Source: Ophelia neglecta
Lineage: Eukaryota
Assembly: GCA_965285935.1 (NCBI GenBank)
Contig: OZ260663.1
Coordinates: 87,544,001-87,608,000 of the forward strand
Reading direction: 5' to 3'
Length of the DNA: 64,000 bases
In this document: positions 39,589 to 53,035 of the stretch, piece after piece
Layout: every line of letters begins with the position of its first letter
Numbering within the stretch: the first letter of the stretch is position 1
Position numbers and translations under genes: made by a program
The notes under the pieces: generated by a model
Database searches by the model: none
Seen by the model: the letters and a program-made list of their open reading frames with translations, nothing else
What the model was told of the DNA's origin: nothing

Positions 39589-42500
39589 TGATCCAGATCC
39601 CCTTTGGGAGCATCCGCTGCATCCCCCACATAGACGTTGCTCTCTCGGGTCAAAACTCGGCAGTTCGCGTATCCAGTCCCGTTCTATCATAGACAGAGAG
39701 AGTTGTCTGGACCAGCAAGCCTCCTCTAGATCCGCCAGCGTGGGATTCGTCGACATCATTAGTGTTCTGGTGGGTCGCAATCAATCAATGTCAAGGGAAT
39801 AGCCCAGCTTGATAAGTCACTCCTTTCCTCTAGATACACTTACCATTCTCACAAATACTGGACGCCACTTGTGTCGGTTAGGCTATCTAATTGAAAGCGA
39901 TCCATTGGATATCAAACGGTAGTTGCCAATAAAGCTCTAACATGAGGAGCAAAACACCCCATCGCCCGTTACCTATAATAGTAAGCATCTGGGAGAGTAA
40001 AGTAGTAATTTAATTTGTTTTCCCACACGCTTTCCACCCTTATTAAATATCATATATGCATTTAATTTATCCATTTCACCTTTTCATATAAAACTGCAAG
40101 ACAAATGGCTTAAATACTGTTTAAACATTGGCTCATAAAACAAGGTATACATTTGCTAAACTAAATTACACGTCCTGTATCGTGGGCCTTTGGTAATCCA
40201 AAGGATTTTGAAGGTAAATCGAAATAGCCCAATTGAAAGAGAACCGTGTCTGGTGGCGTTGGAGAGCATAATAAAGGGGCTAACAAAGAGCGCCTCGCAC
40301 GATAAAAACAGTTATGAGAATGCCATAAACCCAGTGGAATATTGATTATTTAAAGTCCGTCCTGGAATAAACAAGTCGTAGGAAAAATTCACACTGCCCA
40401 TGTTACAGTACCGCTGCATCCTACGCACTCTGCTTAAAACAAAGTGCTTGAGGACCACAACAGCATAGCTTCGTCCAAATAAATGATTATCACCTTATAC
40501 AATATGTATTTTGCAGTTTTCAAATGGTCACAACGAGAACTATTCCGTAGTATAACGTTACTGGTTTTGTTTAATAAGTACAGATTTTCTTTGTTATAAA
40601 GCATGATGAAAAACGAGCACAATTATGAATTCCAAAGCCCATTTTTTTCTTTTCACCGGGTATCCCGAGGAGGGTCTAGATACTTAACTCCCAGATTGTA
40701 TCTGAGGGGCGATATCCACCCCAAATCCTTAAGAACAAACTGACCCTCCTACAAAAGCCAAAGACAATATGTTTCCAGCATAATAAACAGCTTTCTGCCG
40801 CTTGATACACAAAAATCTTATTTTACACTTCTATTTCATCTTTTTTTCATCATAGGGGAGACAAGGATAAACTGCTTTCATGCACCCGCCAGCCATAAAG
40901 CGTGTTTACGGCTGAACCATTACAGAAACATAACAGTAGAGGGCACACACTTCGGGAAGAATTCATTTCACTGATTGATGTGGATACGTGCAATGCGTAC
41001 GAAAAGCTGATGTACATCTAGAGAGAATACCGGCGCTTATCGTTATAGCCGTATTTATAACATCATGTACACCCGAGTGAACAACAACTGAGGGAATATT
41101 ACCCGACAACCAAAGTAATCATCAGTCTCTCTGCATATCGTTTTGTTTACACCTGACCAATATTTAGAATTCCATTGGAGCTAAAGAAAGCTGTAGGATC
41201 CCTTAAATCCCTTTATTTGTTGAGGCGTGTGCCAATAAGTTCATGGCGCCGTATGTTGGTCCTATGTAGCATAACACCAAGACACTTTAAGCATCTGAAG
41301 TGTGATTGACTGAGAGATAAGCTTGCATTGTCTTGGAATACAAGACCGAATTCTCGTTATTTATTTTTCATAATTGACAACTATATTACTGACATCGACC
41401 AATAAAACTTTACCTCGATTATTTAAATAACATGGCAACCTGCTTCTAACAGTGGAAAATTGTGTTTTGCAAATGAGATACTAGCCGTTTTTGAAATCCC
41501 AAATCTGACACTACTGATCACGAATCAACTTTCCTACAAATAGTGTACCTTTTGTAAACACACAGCAGACCCGAAGTTCGTATAGGCAAGCATCGGTGGT
41601 GATGAAAACGGGTGACATTTTATGGATTTCTTGACACTTATATTAATTTGCTAGCGGGCTGTACGAAAATAGACATCGTTGGCATTTCAGGTCGCATATC
41701 CCTTGTGCTAGACGAAGGCACTAAACAATATAAATATATTTATAAGAAGGGCCGTTGCTATGTAAAAACGCATATTACGTGCATAATATGATATAAACCA
41801 CTGGTTTTTCAGCTAAAAACAACACACTTTCCTAACTTGAACTCTGTGCTTAGTTCTAATAGAGCCATCTCAATCTCTTTCAATGTCTTATTTGTTATCA
41901 CATATAATAATGAGAGTTGTGTGATCTCACCGCCGTCTACCCCCCCCCCCCCCCCCCCACAAAAACACAGTCTTCAAGGACGAATTAATGGACTATTCCT
42001 GTACACTGATTTAGCTTTGTCTGCCTTGCATCCATTCACAGAAAATCTACAGCGGAACTCCAAATAGGATTTAATATCAAACGGGTGGTAAATGGACCAC
42101 TTTCGCAGCACCATCAAAGGCATAAACTAATTACACTAGAAGGTATATTAACTCGCTTTGAAATATCATACAAGATCAACCACTGCGCCTACCCGTGGAT
42201 GAAGGAGACTTATCGGTAAAAGGACCTTGAAATATCAAACATGCTAATAATGACGTTTTTCCTTCACAAATGCAGGCAGAAATCGAATCATCTAATTAAT
42301 ATACCATACCATTAAGGTGGCACCTGGTAACAGTTTTAGAGAGAAACAACTGGTTGGCACAACACTACCTATTGTTCAAGCTAGTCTCAGTATAAATGGT
42401 AAGGGTCTTACTACTCTATGTTCGGAAGTGCCGTATTGACAAATAAGGCAGAGATAGTGTACGTTTGTAGCCAATGAACCACTATTGAAAGTAGGATATT

Positions 42501-44439
42501 TTGTACGGTGGTGCCTAAGGTTTCCCATATAACGTGAAAACGTGTTGAAAAAAGCTGACTCATTGTATTCAACGGTGTGTACGATGCGCTATCTCTGTGG
42601 TTCTGCCTGCGGCATGGACTGAGACCGACATGTCACATGGGTTTGTTTTAGGTTATCCTAGTATCATACTGCATCGCCGAGCAGCATAGTAAGCGCTGAA
42701 GGGAGTCAGCCTAAATATGTTATTAACTACGTGGCCTACATGCAAACATTTGCAGAGAAGTGAAAACGCGATGAAATATATATTATGATGAAACGCAGAA
42801 ATGGCAGTGCGAATGCATTATACTCGCGTCAAATAAATATATATGTTTGCTGGCAATGCCGTTACGTATAATCAGTAACATGTATCAGAATATTTGCAAT
42901 ATTTGCAAGGTTCGTGCAAATAACTGTTAATTGCGCCCTTGTAACCATCGATAAAATAGTTATAATGTGATAGTGAGTTAAGTAGATCCGGTATGATTGC
43001 TTTGTGATACTACTTTTCGTCCGGTAACTTATTCTCAGCAATCAGATTAATAAAGTACACTACCATACAGCATCTGGAAATCTTAAAAGTCCACTGGTAT
43101 CAATTTTAATGCATATACATTCTCTGTCGTGTTGCTAACTGTCTACCGCTAAACTATGAACGATCGGCTGGGGTCATCTCTTAATGTATCCTGTATTTGT
43201 CTCTGGGCGGAGTCTCTATAATCTCTGACGGAATGCAGGGTTACTGACGCTTCATCCTGTAACCGGTGGTGAGGTCTTACTCACACATGAATAGGTCATA
43301 AGCCGCTAGGGTACGAAAGGCTCCTCCCATAGAATAAATCATGAACCGAGTGTTATGTGTATAATGGAAAACGTATCTGGACCTATTGATGCGATGCAGC
43401 TTTCGCCGCATTATATGTTTAAGGTAATACATATTCTTGCTATGAGTATGTCCATGACATAATTCAATTTGTATAACCTCATATCAAACTTACCTTAAAG
43501 ATGTTTTGCCGATACTATAAACGGGATAAAATGACGTAAGCAATAATAGGAAGCGTAAATTAGGTACACATGAAAAGCATCATCAGTAGAAAACGATGGC
43601 AACATTTTTATCTATTTGTAATATGCTAGAAAATCAGAAGCTCTGCCTAATAAGCATTCGTCCTGCAATAATTTGACCAAACAGAAGTTGAAAATTAACC
43701 TGACTTTGTCTAATGAAATGTGCGTACAACAATACTATTCGGTTTTTCCAATGTTGTATTAAATGCACAAAATGTATCGTTGCATTATTATGGCACAAGC
43801 ATTCAAATTCATTCATTGTAAGCACATACATCTCACTCTTACAAGATTATAATAAACCTTTGCTTAATGCAATTATCAGCCAATAAGAGGCATTATATCT
43901 TTACCATTCGGTACCAGCCAATAAGGGCCGCGGCGTCTTTGACATGTAGTTCGAGCCAATATGACTCAATGCGTTATCAAAATTGATGCCCCAACTGATG
44001 AAAATTGACATTTAAAATGCATTCCATATCCAACTGTGTTCTCATTGACTAGAAAAATAGTTTGGACGTGAGCAGCAGACCATCAATAAACTGAAACGCC
44101 GGCAATGTAAAATTTGGTGTTATTACTCGCAATCCGAGTTGGAACACCAAAACATGCCAAGAAAAACATGTCAATAATCTATTACTTGTTGAACAGTGAA
44201 CGGAATCACGAAGGAAGCAGCCTTGGAAAGAAAATTGTTTACAGCAGATTGTAAATGCCATTCACAAATAAAACCAGTTTGTTACATAACCTTTTGGCTA
44301 GCAGGTCGTTGTGTTACTGGGCAAGGATGTTTGTGAGCATACAAATTTTGTTCGAAGCGGAACTTTTATAGATACACACTATTCTCAATCGCTCATTTCC
44401 TTGTGTACACCCGGCCTCCATTTTTTGCCCTCAGCATAT

Positions 44440-45200
44440 TACATCAATCATGTGTGAGGCTACAAACAAGACAAATCAGTAAACAGACCATCAGTGAGCC
44501 AGTGATTTATGTTGGACGAAGATATGTCCCGGAGAAAACGATGGCCATACATCTCCTGTGCAGTAGGAAACAAAGATGTCAATGAAGATCTAGCTGATGA
44601 AGGCAGTATATTTGTCACTGGTGATTTCCTCGAAGTGATGTTTTCATTTTGACTTATTTGCATTACAAGTTTACTCACTGTTAGGGCGCTGGAGATTGAT
44701 GTATTGATGTGTGCGTGGGCTTGTGCTTCGTGATTTCGGACCGATTGATATAATTTCTAGATTATTGATTTGGTTTGTTTGCTAGTTATCCACTCCCGTT
44801 TTTTCATATTCGTAATCAGGCAGAATGACATTTTCACTAAATGCTTCGCCGACTATCTATATCTGATTCAGCTCTTGTTTTTCGTCAACACCAGGAGTAA
44901 GAATATAACTTCAGGTCACTTGATTGTCAACGAGATAATACACAGAGCCAACCTATCTCTGGGGGATTGCATATCCAATCCAGTTTGGCAGAACCAATTT
45001 GATAAACGAGTATATTGTTGAAAGGGAAGAGCCATCAGCAGAATTAGGTCGAACCCATTGAACAGTTCATGCTTTATATTGAACGAGCGCTGCGGTCGTC
45101 TTGGAAGTCCAGGGCTGTCCCTAGCGAACACAATGCTGATAAGCCAAATAGTCCATCGCTGCGTCTAAGTCAAACAGTGATTACTGCCCTTTCCGTAACG
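44440..45200 (-). mobile_element. Decayed Crypton-type tyrosine-recombinase DNA transposon
   Basis: Colinear motifs on the minus strand: RRSDGLFGLSALCSLGTALD (~45170-45108, cf. RKKDG..Y...SL...RAALDR), RSFNIKHELF, YEKTG, then SKLVMQISQN...VTNI..SARSSLTSLF...MYGHR (44678-44540, cf. LMK.IS..YTNHS.RAT..T.LF...TGHRS). Catalytic residues are partly eroded. Confidence 0.68.
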
Positions 45201-46659
45201 ACCGCCGAATGCAATTTGGTAAAAATGACAAGAAAAGTAAAATGAGTGAAGTTACAATTGAATAAGAATTTAAAAATTCGTTGGTATAAGGTACTTGTCT
45301 TATATTTCAGCCGGCTGGGAGATCTATGAGAAGCCAACAGCATATTTCAGTGCTCAAGGGCCACGCGTATAGTACATTATAGAGTTACATTGGGTCAGCG
45401 CAAGGGTGTGCACCGCATATATATATCAATACAGAGGTATCTAGGAGATGAACTGGCAGTCAGGCAAGAAATTTGAAAGTTGAAAGTGCCATTAGAACAG
45501 ATATTCATCAGAAAAGACCGTAGGGTACCATCGATGACAAAAATGTACTCGTAGCATCAAATCTGTAATCAATTGCCTGCCCAGTGCGCTCAAATGGCGA
45601 GCGGTATTAACCAACATGTCGTTTTGCCTGCGCGCAAATGGCGGGTTGTCAGCGCTGTACCCAAATGACGTGTGCAGTCTCCGATATATATATATTCCAG
45701 ACTCGACGCCGTCATATAAATGTGAACAAACTTGGTTGGCAGAAGTCATAAATATCCTTGCTCGCCTTTAGGGCTTGTGGTCACATAGACGGGCTCGACT
45801 TGTTCGCGCAAATTCCAGTAAATACTCTCCTAAAAATCTTGCCCACCAAGCTTACCCGGACCCAACTCATTGATGTTTTCAATGAAGAGCCAATTTTCTC
45901 GACAATAAAACCCACATTGTTTTCATCTTAATAGTATTCTCCAAATGAATTAATAAAGTACCCAGGAACGCCTACTATAAAATTTCAGTACTATTGTTTC
46001 AGCGGCTGAACACATACCTTAGAAAACAGAAAGTCATACCTCAGAGAACAGCAAGTAACCGTAAATGTTTCCCTCTCACACAAATTCCATAGTGCCCCGT
46101 GTCTGAGACCTTTTCTCCTATATGTAAATGATATTTCTGACCACATCGCCCACAAATTCTTTTTGACGGCGAAAACACAATCTAACGAGCATTCCACCAC
46201 CCTACTGACAACCCAATTCTTCCTAAAAAACCTCCACTCCCTTCACCTCTGTGCCACAACTTGGCAGGTTGAATTTGAGGCAAAGAATTGTCATCAAAAT
46301 TTGTTTATTTTGACCAAAACATCTAGGGATTACAATAAGGTTTGCATTAAAACATAATATTAGCATAATCATTGTCACATAAAAGAAAGTAGGTAATAGC
46401 AATTATGATACAGTAATTATAAACATTGTTGATTAAGCGGAGCAATTTTGGTCAAGGATGGCTCCCACTATGATATGAAACTGCTAGCGTGGAAGCCACC
46501 CTGTTCAGTGGGGAAATACAGGCAACTATTATCTGACAATGGAATAGCAAAGAAAAAACCCAAGATAGAAGTTATTCAACAATCTGTACTAACCACATTG
46601 TCAATTTTCACTCGAGTGAGACAGTTGCAAATGAATTGACCCAAACAATGAAGAGAAAA

Positions 46660-48150
46660 ACAAAAAAGTGCTAGTTACAGAACTGTTAACATGACTATGA
46701 TATAATTCTTGATATAGGTAGCATAGACTCTCAAACAATGAATGCTCACCTTATGAAGTATGTCATTTGGGCTATCGTTAACAATTCTGACAACACTTTG
46801 TCGTATGCACTTATCTGCGAGTTTGTAAACGGATTTTGCTGGGTATAAAGTAGAGCAGTTCCTGGTATTATGCGACCGGATACATCTATATTGTTGTAAA
46901 TTTTTCTGACAATTTATTGTTTTAAGTTTATGATTAAATTTTAATACGTTTAATTTATATAATTCATTAACATAAAGAAATACTAGGTTCTTCAGAATTT
47001 GCTCGGAATGTGCATTTAATTTGCTGTTAGTAAAGATCTATACTGCCCCTTTCTGCAATTTAGTTATCCTTGAATTTTGAAGACCCCAGGCAAGAATTCA
47101 ATAATTCCTATGATGTAATCTAAGAGTATTGTAAATCGTCACTACAAGAGAGATTGAGGTAGACAATATTTAGTCTGTTTAAAATGCCATTAGCCTTTGA
47201 TATTTTATTTGCCACTTTATGGTCGGGCTTGACCAGTCAATGTTTTTATTTATCAGCAATCCTAAATTAAAATTATCCACAAATTCAATAGAGGTGCCAT
47301 TATTTCTAAATTCCAACTTGGGGATTTTCCTATTCTGGCATAAACATTAGCATGGCCTTAGTTTTTGAAATGTTTAGTGAAAGCTTATTAAGTTTCAGTC
47401 AGCCATTCATTAACTTTCGAAGCTCAAGATTAATATGGCGGCTCACATCTCCAACCACCATGTACAAAGAGGTAAACGTTTGCAAGGTGGTAGTCAATGC
47501 TGTTTCATCAGCATACATGATGGGATAAAATAGGTCACCGACCTTTCAGAGGTCATATGTATAAATAATAAAAAGCAGCGGACCAAGGATTGACCTTTGT
47601 TTCACCCCTGTAACTACATTACTGTGTGTCGACCTTATCCCATCATAGTATGTATATTGTTTCTAGACGAGAGGAGCTGCTAAGTAGATCTAGAGATCGA
47701 GCATTAAGCCCACAAAAATATTTTATGGTAATTCTCCTTTATCAATCTTTTGTGTTACTCAGTCGATAAATTCCAGGGCAATTCAGAGTGCATAGTTCTA
47801 AAACCATATTGGCTATCATTTATAAAAATGTTAGAGTTAAAAAGAGAATACAATTGATTAAAAATGGCTTTTTCGAAAATGTTATAGATTCCTGGAAACA
47901 CTGGTCTATAATTACCCAAAATACATTCGTCATCCTCCTTAAATACAGGGATGATTTTGCTTATCTTAAGCTTATCTGGAAAAACTGAAATAATCGATTG
48001 GTTAATAATACATGTAAGGGGTTCAATGAGTACATATTTTTCTAGTATGAGGATTTTGGTGGACATTCAATCAACTCCGGAACTAGTTTTGGGTTTGAGG
48101 ACATCGATAATTTTAAGAATATCCGCCTGATCAACAGGTTAAAAAGTCAT
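46660..48150 (-). mobile_element. 5'-truncated CR1/L2-clade LINE, ORF2 reverse transcriptase pseudogene through the C-terminus
   Basis: Motifs in order: EPLTCIINQS..FPDKLKISKIIPVFK..NYRP..FEKAIFNQL..QYGFR (48066-47770); GVKQRSILGPLLFIIY and MYADE (~47610-47505); WLKLNKLSLNISKTK; LAWG..RITKLQK..NAHSEQILK..ELYKLNVLKF; HNTRN..ADKCIR..DILHKVSIH..YIKNY. It has frameshifts, stops and an internal deletion at the DLSKAFD region. Confidence 0.92.
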
Positions 48151-48179
48151 TGGTTGGAGGAATTCTTCCTCCAACCAAT

Positions 48180-48420
48180 TACCCCAAACTATCCTGCATA
48201 CCCCACAAGTCCTTTCTCGTAATGCAAACCCATTCCATAGCTCAGCAGTGGTGAATCAAAGCATTATTTTATTCATTGTATCTAAGATCAACCAGAATCT
48301 GGAACCTCCTACTAGTTCAAATTCAAACCGTACCCACCATAACCTCCTTCCAGGCAGCCCTTAAACAGCATTACTTCAGACTATCGCTCAATCCCAGATT
48401 TTTTCTAAAGATATTGTCTG
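48180..48420 (+). mobile_element. 3' end of a second CR1/L2-type LINE
   Basis: YFYSLYLRSTRIWNLLLVQIQTVPTITSFQAALKQHY matches the terminal SFFPRTIR.WN.LP...S...FK..LK motif of LINE ORF2. Confidence 0.65.
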
Positions 48421-51400
48421 TATATAATGTCTGTTTGTCCCGATATGTACCCAGTTATGTTAAATATCTATTTCTTTTCAGTGGTTGCATCATGTTGTAC
48501 TTACATGTACATGTATGTAAAAAGAGCACGTGTGGCTCACCAAACTCCTTTGCCAACCCTCTTCAGAGGATTGAACAAAGAGAACCTGAGAACAGATAGC
48601 TGGCTAATGGCGCACTGGCCTTCAGGATAAGATTAATCAAATGTCACAAAAGCAAACCAATAAAAGGCAGCCTTTACACACCAGTTACACATCGGCAATA
48701 AACGCGTCACCAGTTCCTAATCCACACTGTTCTCTGTCATCGCGATTTGTTTTTTTATTCAGGAAATCTCCAGACTGGCAGCTATTCTGGCGCTAGTTAT
48801 GCCGTAGTTTGAAGAACGTTGACATCGGTGATTAACAACAGCATGTCATTAATAGTAGTATAAAACTTATCAGCTTGTCGAGCATAATTGATTAATTCAG
48901 AGATAATCCCAGGGAGATTTGACAGATGACTGGCAGCTATTCAGGCGGCGCGGGATGATTATGACAGCTAGTATTTGGGTTGTACGCGTCAAGTGAGATT
49001 CGTAGTGCTTACCAATCCATAATAAAATATGTTTAAAACAATGACAGTGGTACAGTCTTAAACCGAAAGTCAGGCATGTCTTTGATGCTAATTGACCATT
49101 TGGTAACTCCTTTCTAAAACTGATGTTATCAAATTTAAACCAAATATCCGGGAACCATAATTATTTTTGGGCAGATAGGACCAACTCTGGAATATTTCAA
49201 TCAATAAATTGATTAAAACAGGAGCAAGATATGTTTTGCAGGCTTTATAAGATTTTGAACTCACAATAGCGGTGGTACCTGAACCTTTATGTAACTGTCT
49301 AACCTAAACACGTTGATAGCAATATATCCATACGGTTCTCAGTGAGGAGAGACTTATCAAATAGGATTTTGGAAAACACTTAAGCAGTTTAAACCCATGT
49401 TGCTGCAAATTTATTAAAGTATTTCACTAGGGGGCTACTTAAAAGCCAAAACGGAAGTAAATATATACACAATTTAATGAGATTGAGATTTAATTGATTG
49501 AACTAAGGACAATCTTTGTAAGCGGCATAAAACAAAAAGTCGGACACCATAGATAATGAGAAAAACCGAAATGAACGCAAAACAAATACACAGACACCCC
49601 TCCGGAGGCCTGGAAGAATAATAAAGACCGGAACGGCTCCTCTGACGGCAATGAATTATGAAATAATACACAAGAGTCGGTGATTGTCTGCAGGAAAAAA
49701 ACTGATTGCAATGCTCTCTCAGATAATAACTATTGACAGGGTTTATTTCGGAGTCCTTTTCCCCGAAACACAGTTTTACGTTGCAGAGAAGATATAGGGG
49801 AAGCGTACTCTGGCAGACAGAACAAAATCAGTTTAGAAAAATAAATATTCTAAATGTACAGAATAAATCAAAAACCGACCGCTGCAGGTCCCTAAAGGTA
49901 ACATTTAAGCAGAAGGTAACGTTGAACTATAAAGCAATAGACAAATCCAACGACTACATATAAATCACATTAAGGGCTTATTCACATGATGGCTTAGATT
50001 AACCACAAGTCACGACACGTGGGAAAAAACAACCGCGGAAATATATCACTATATCGATACATTTATAAGACAAACAGCCCCGGGAGTTTATACCCTGAAG
50101 ACAGAGCAACATCGTTAATCAATGATAGGCCATTTAATCGGTAAGAGTTAGAAGCCAGCCGCTGCAGCCCAACATACACCAATTCACAGATACCCAACAG
50201 TAAATAAACTTGTACAAAAATCTATAAGTAAAACGTAAAATTGATATCACTTGCAATGAGAAGTAGTTCACAGATTTCCACGATGCCAGTCAGAGTACAA
50301 AACAAACAATACAATGGTTAACATGGGGCAGGGATAAAATATGCCATGCGATGGACTAAGCTCTCCCATAACTATGAGACTGAAAATTAATTGGCCTCAA
50401 TATACACGACAGAAGATGTGTGTGTGATTTACACACAAAAGGAAACAACTACAATTACAATTCAATAATAAGTGATCCAGTAAAAATATCATAGCTTGGT
50501 GTAAACGGCAAAAGCGAAAACAGCTGTAATCTCTAAGAATCAGCTATTATGAACATTTGGTGTGCCCTTAGCCGTTTATTAAAAGTTCAAAATGGGGATA
50601 TATGGATGAAATTTAGGTAATAAATTGAATGATGCTGCATTATTCTTATAATCGATGTAATATGGAACAAATACGGAGCATAATGTTCAGCCCACACGGG
50701 CAGGGAACACCCCTGAGTAATGTGATCTGATAGAATGTAGGGGTGCACGATTGAGGCTTCCGAAAGTAAGTCATCTAAGTAGCAAATTTGAATGAACGCA
50801 AAGGGATACCAAAATACCAAATACGATCTCTATAATTTCTATTGAGTCATTTGTGACAATGCCAATAAGGGGTGCACTCACACAAAAAGGCCTTTTTTGT
50901 TCTTGTGTGTTAGTAAATAATCATCATATAATGCTACATTCCAATTATTATGTTGGTCCCTATATCTAGGAAAATCACCTTGGTTATTTGAGGACCAACA
51001 AAGAAACTGATCCATCCAATTAACTATCTAAAACAAAATATCGACAAGATACCGACATAGCTTAAATTCAGCATTATGTTTTTAGCACTGTTCGACAGAT
51101 TTAGTGTGCAATTTATTGATGTGTCCTTAACTGAGACACTGAATACGATATGAAGTTGTTATTATTCAATAGTATGCGGTTGTATGCGTGACTGTTTATT
51201 AATTAATCTCAAATGACCTGACCGCAGCGATGCAATGTCTGATTTAAAGTATGTGGATTTAGTAAAACTGTAATCCACTGGAGCGCCTATACATCTTGGG
51301 GTTAACTTTAAGACGCATGAATCTATAGGTTAGTATAATAAATCGCTAGTCAAACTTAGGCATGACTGAGTCATTATGATTCATCAAGCCTGGGCATATA

Positions 51401-52849
51401 CGGTGAAGTTGGATTACTTTTGTGAAACATGCCAAGAAGTGAGCTGAACGTTAAACATTACTCAAATTGGTACTTTGTTCTATGAATGGAGGAATTTAAT
51501 ACCGCTCAAAACCACGCTACATCCAGCAACCAGCCGAAAAACTGCATGATACTTCAGAAGGTCCCGGCAAATGTCAAGTGAATACTTGATAGCATTTGCA
51601 GTCCTAAAGAGATTTTTACAGCTCAAACAAGAAACGCCTCCAAACATAAGACCCGCGAAGCTGTTAAGGAACGTGATTGAATTATGGTAAACGGGAAACG
51701 TGCGTAGACTGAACAGAATATAAAGAAATTAATTATGCAATTAACCCACTTGCTAAAAATTGAAACAGCATTCTGTTTAAAACAAGCTATGATTTATACT
51801 TCAGTCACTATTTCGGTTAGCTTGGCATAAAATACTTGTAGGACTCGCTTACACCGTAGGTTGTTTGCAGGAATTACTCAAGTGTGTGCAAATAAGTCAT
51901 ACCTCAGGCGTTGGCAAGGGTGAATACAATTACTCTGCCGCATTTTTAGCACGGCCATGCGTTGACTCGTACATTCTCTGTACTTTATGCAGCAATAATT
52001 GGAAAATAAGTGCGATTCGTTCGATTGTTTACCACAATACTATGCTTCATGTTTCCCAATATATGTGTGATAGACCATCCAACAGGAACATTTGTAATAA
52101 CTCAAGATTTATTTACCTTAACCCTAAAATCTTTGTTGTGTGTTTGATAAATTGATGGTATAAATTCCACTGCATTGTTTTAGGACATATATTTTTCGTT
52201 TCCTTCGATTGTTTTTGGTAAAAAAATTCCTACAATTTCTATTCGGAACCTTAAAGCAGTAGAGAGATAAGCAAATAAAGGTCCACAAGCTAAAACAATA
52301 AATGGCGAACTAGATGTTCCCATAGCATCCCACATATCAGCTTAGCGTTAAGGTATTTCAAACTGTCTTGGGATTTTGAACAATAGTAATTGGTTGAATA
52401 AATATTGAAATAAATGCTGCAAAAACATTCAAAATTTAGAAGAATCGTGAGATACAAATTAAAACAGTTTGTATAATAACAAAAGCAAGATTTGGATGTG
52501 ATTGGCAATAACTGCAACCATTCAAGATATTTGTGCAAGATAAAACTTGTTTTACAAATTGTCTGATAGAATATACATATATGCAAATATGTAAATATAG
52601 TCCAATTTATGTCAACTACTAATGGTAATCCATTAAGTGCAAGGGGGAAATTAATGGAGCAGACATGCCCATTAGCCCAAAGTCAAAGGATGCACTGTAT
52701 TGTATGCCCAAGTAATAGATTTTAGGCCAAAGTGCAATATTGAACGTTTCGAAGGCTATTACAGCGCAATATTATTTCTACAAAAGTCAATTGTGTCATA
52801 ATTCAACTTTCTTTCTTAATTTCCAGTGAGAGTGGCATGTAATATATAT

Positions 52850-53035
52850 TGTATGGTGGATGGATGCAGGCTATTATGCTTCAGCGCTTCTTGTTGATAC
52901 ACCTTGCCACATTCCTGAAGTTTATATCCTGCCAGCTTAGAAACCGTATTCGCGCAGTCAAGTATAGGTAAACAAAGTATCCTATAAGCCTTGTTCCCCA
53001 CTTTTTTAGATTTATGTCTAATAAACCACCAAGAC
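52850..53035 (-). mobile_element. CR1/L2-type LINE ORF2 fragment (post-RT region)
   Basis: FIRHKSKKVGNKAYRILCLPILDCANTVS resembles GFIRRN..VK..AY..LVRP.LEYA.TVW. Confidence 0.6.

Noticed and set aside
43486-43505. Minus-strand AAG|GTAAGT (also AAG|GTAAGC at ~12055 and AAG|GTGAGC at ~46748)
   Set aside because: No pyrimidine tract and no upstream exon-like sequence. The 46748 site lies inside the CR1 ORF2 relic.
46660-48420. Twin-priming 5' inversion of a single LINE
   Set aside because: The minus-strand copy has its own complete ORF2 C-terminus, different from the plus-strand one, so these are two independent insertions.
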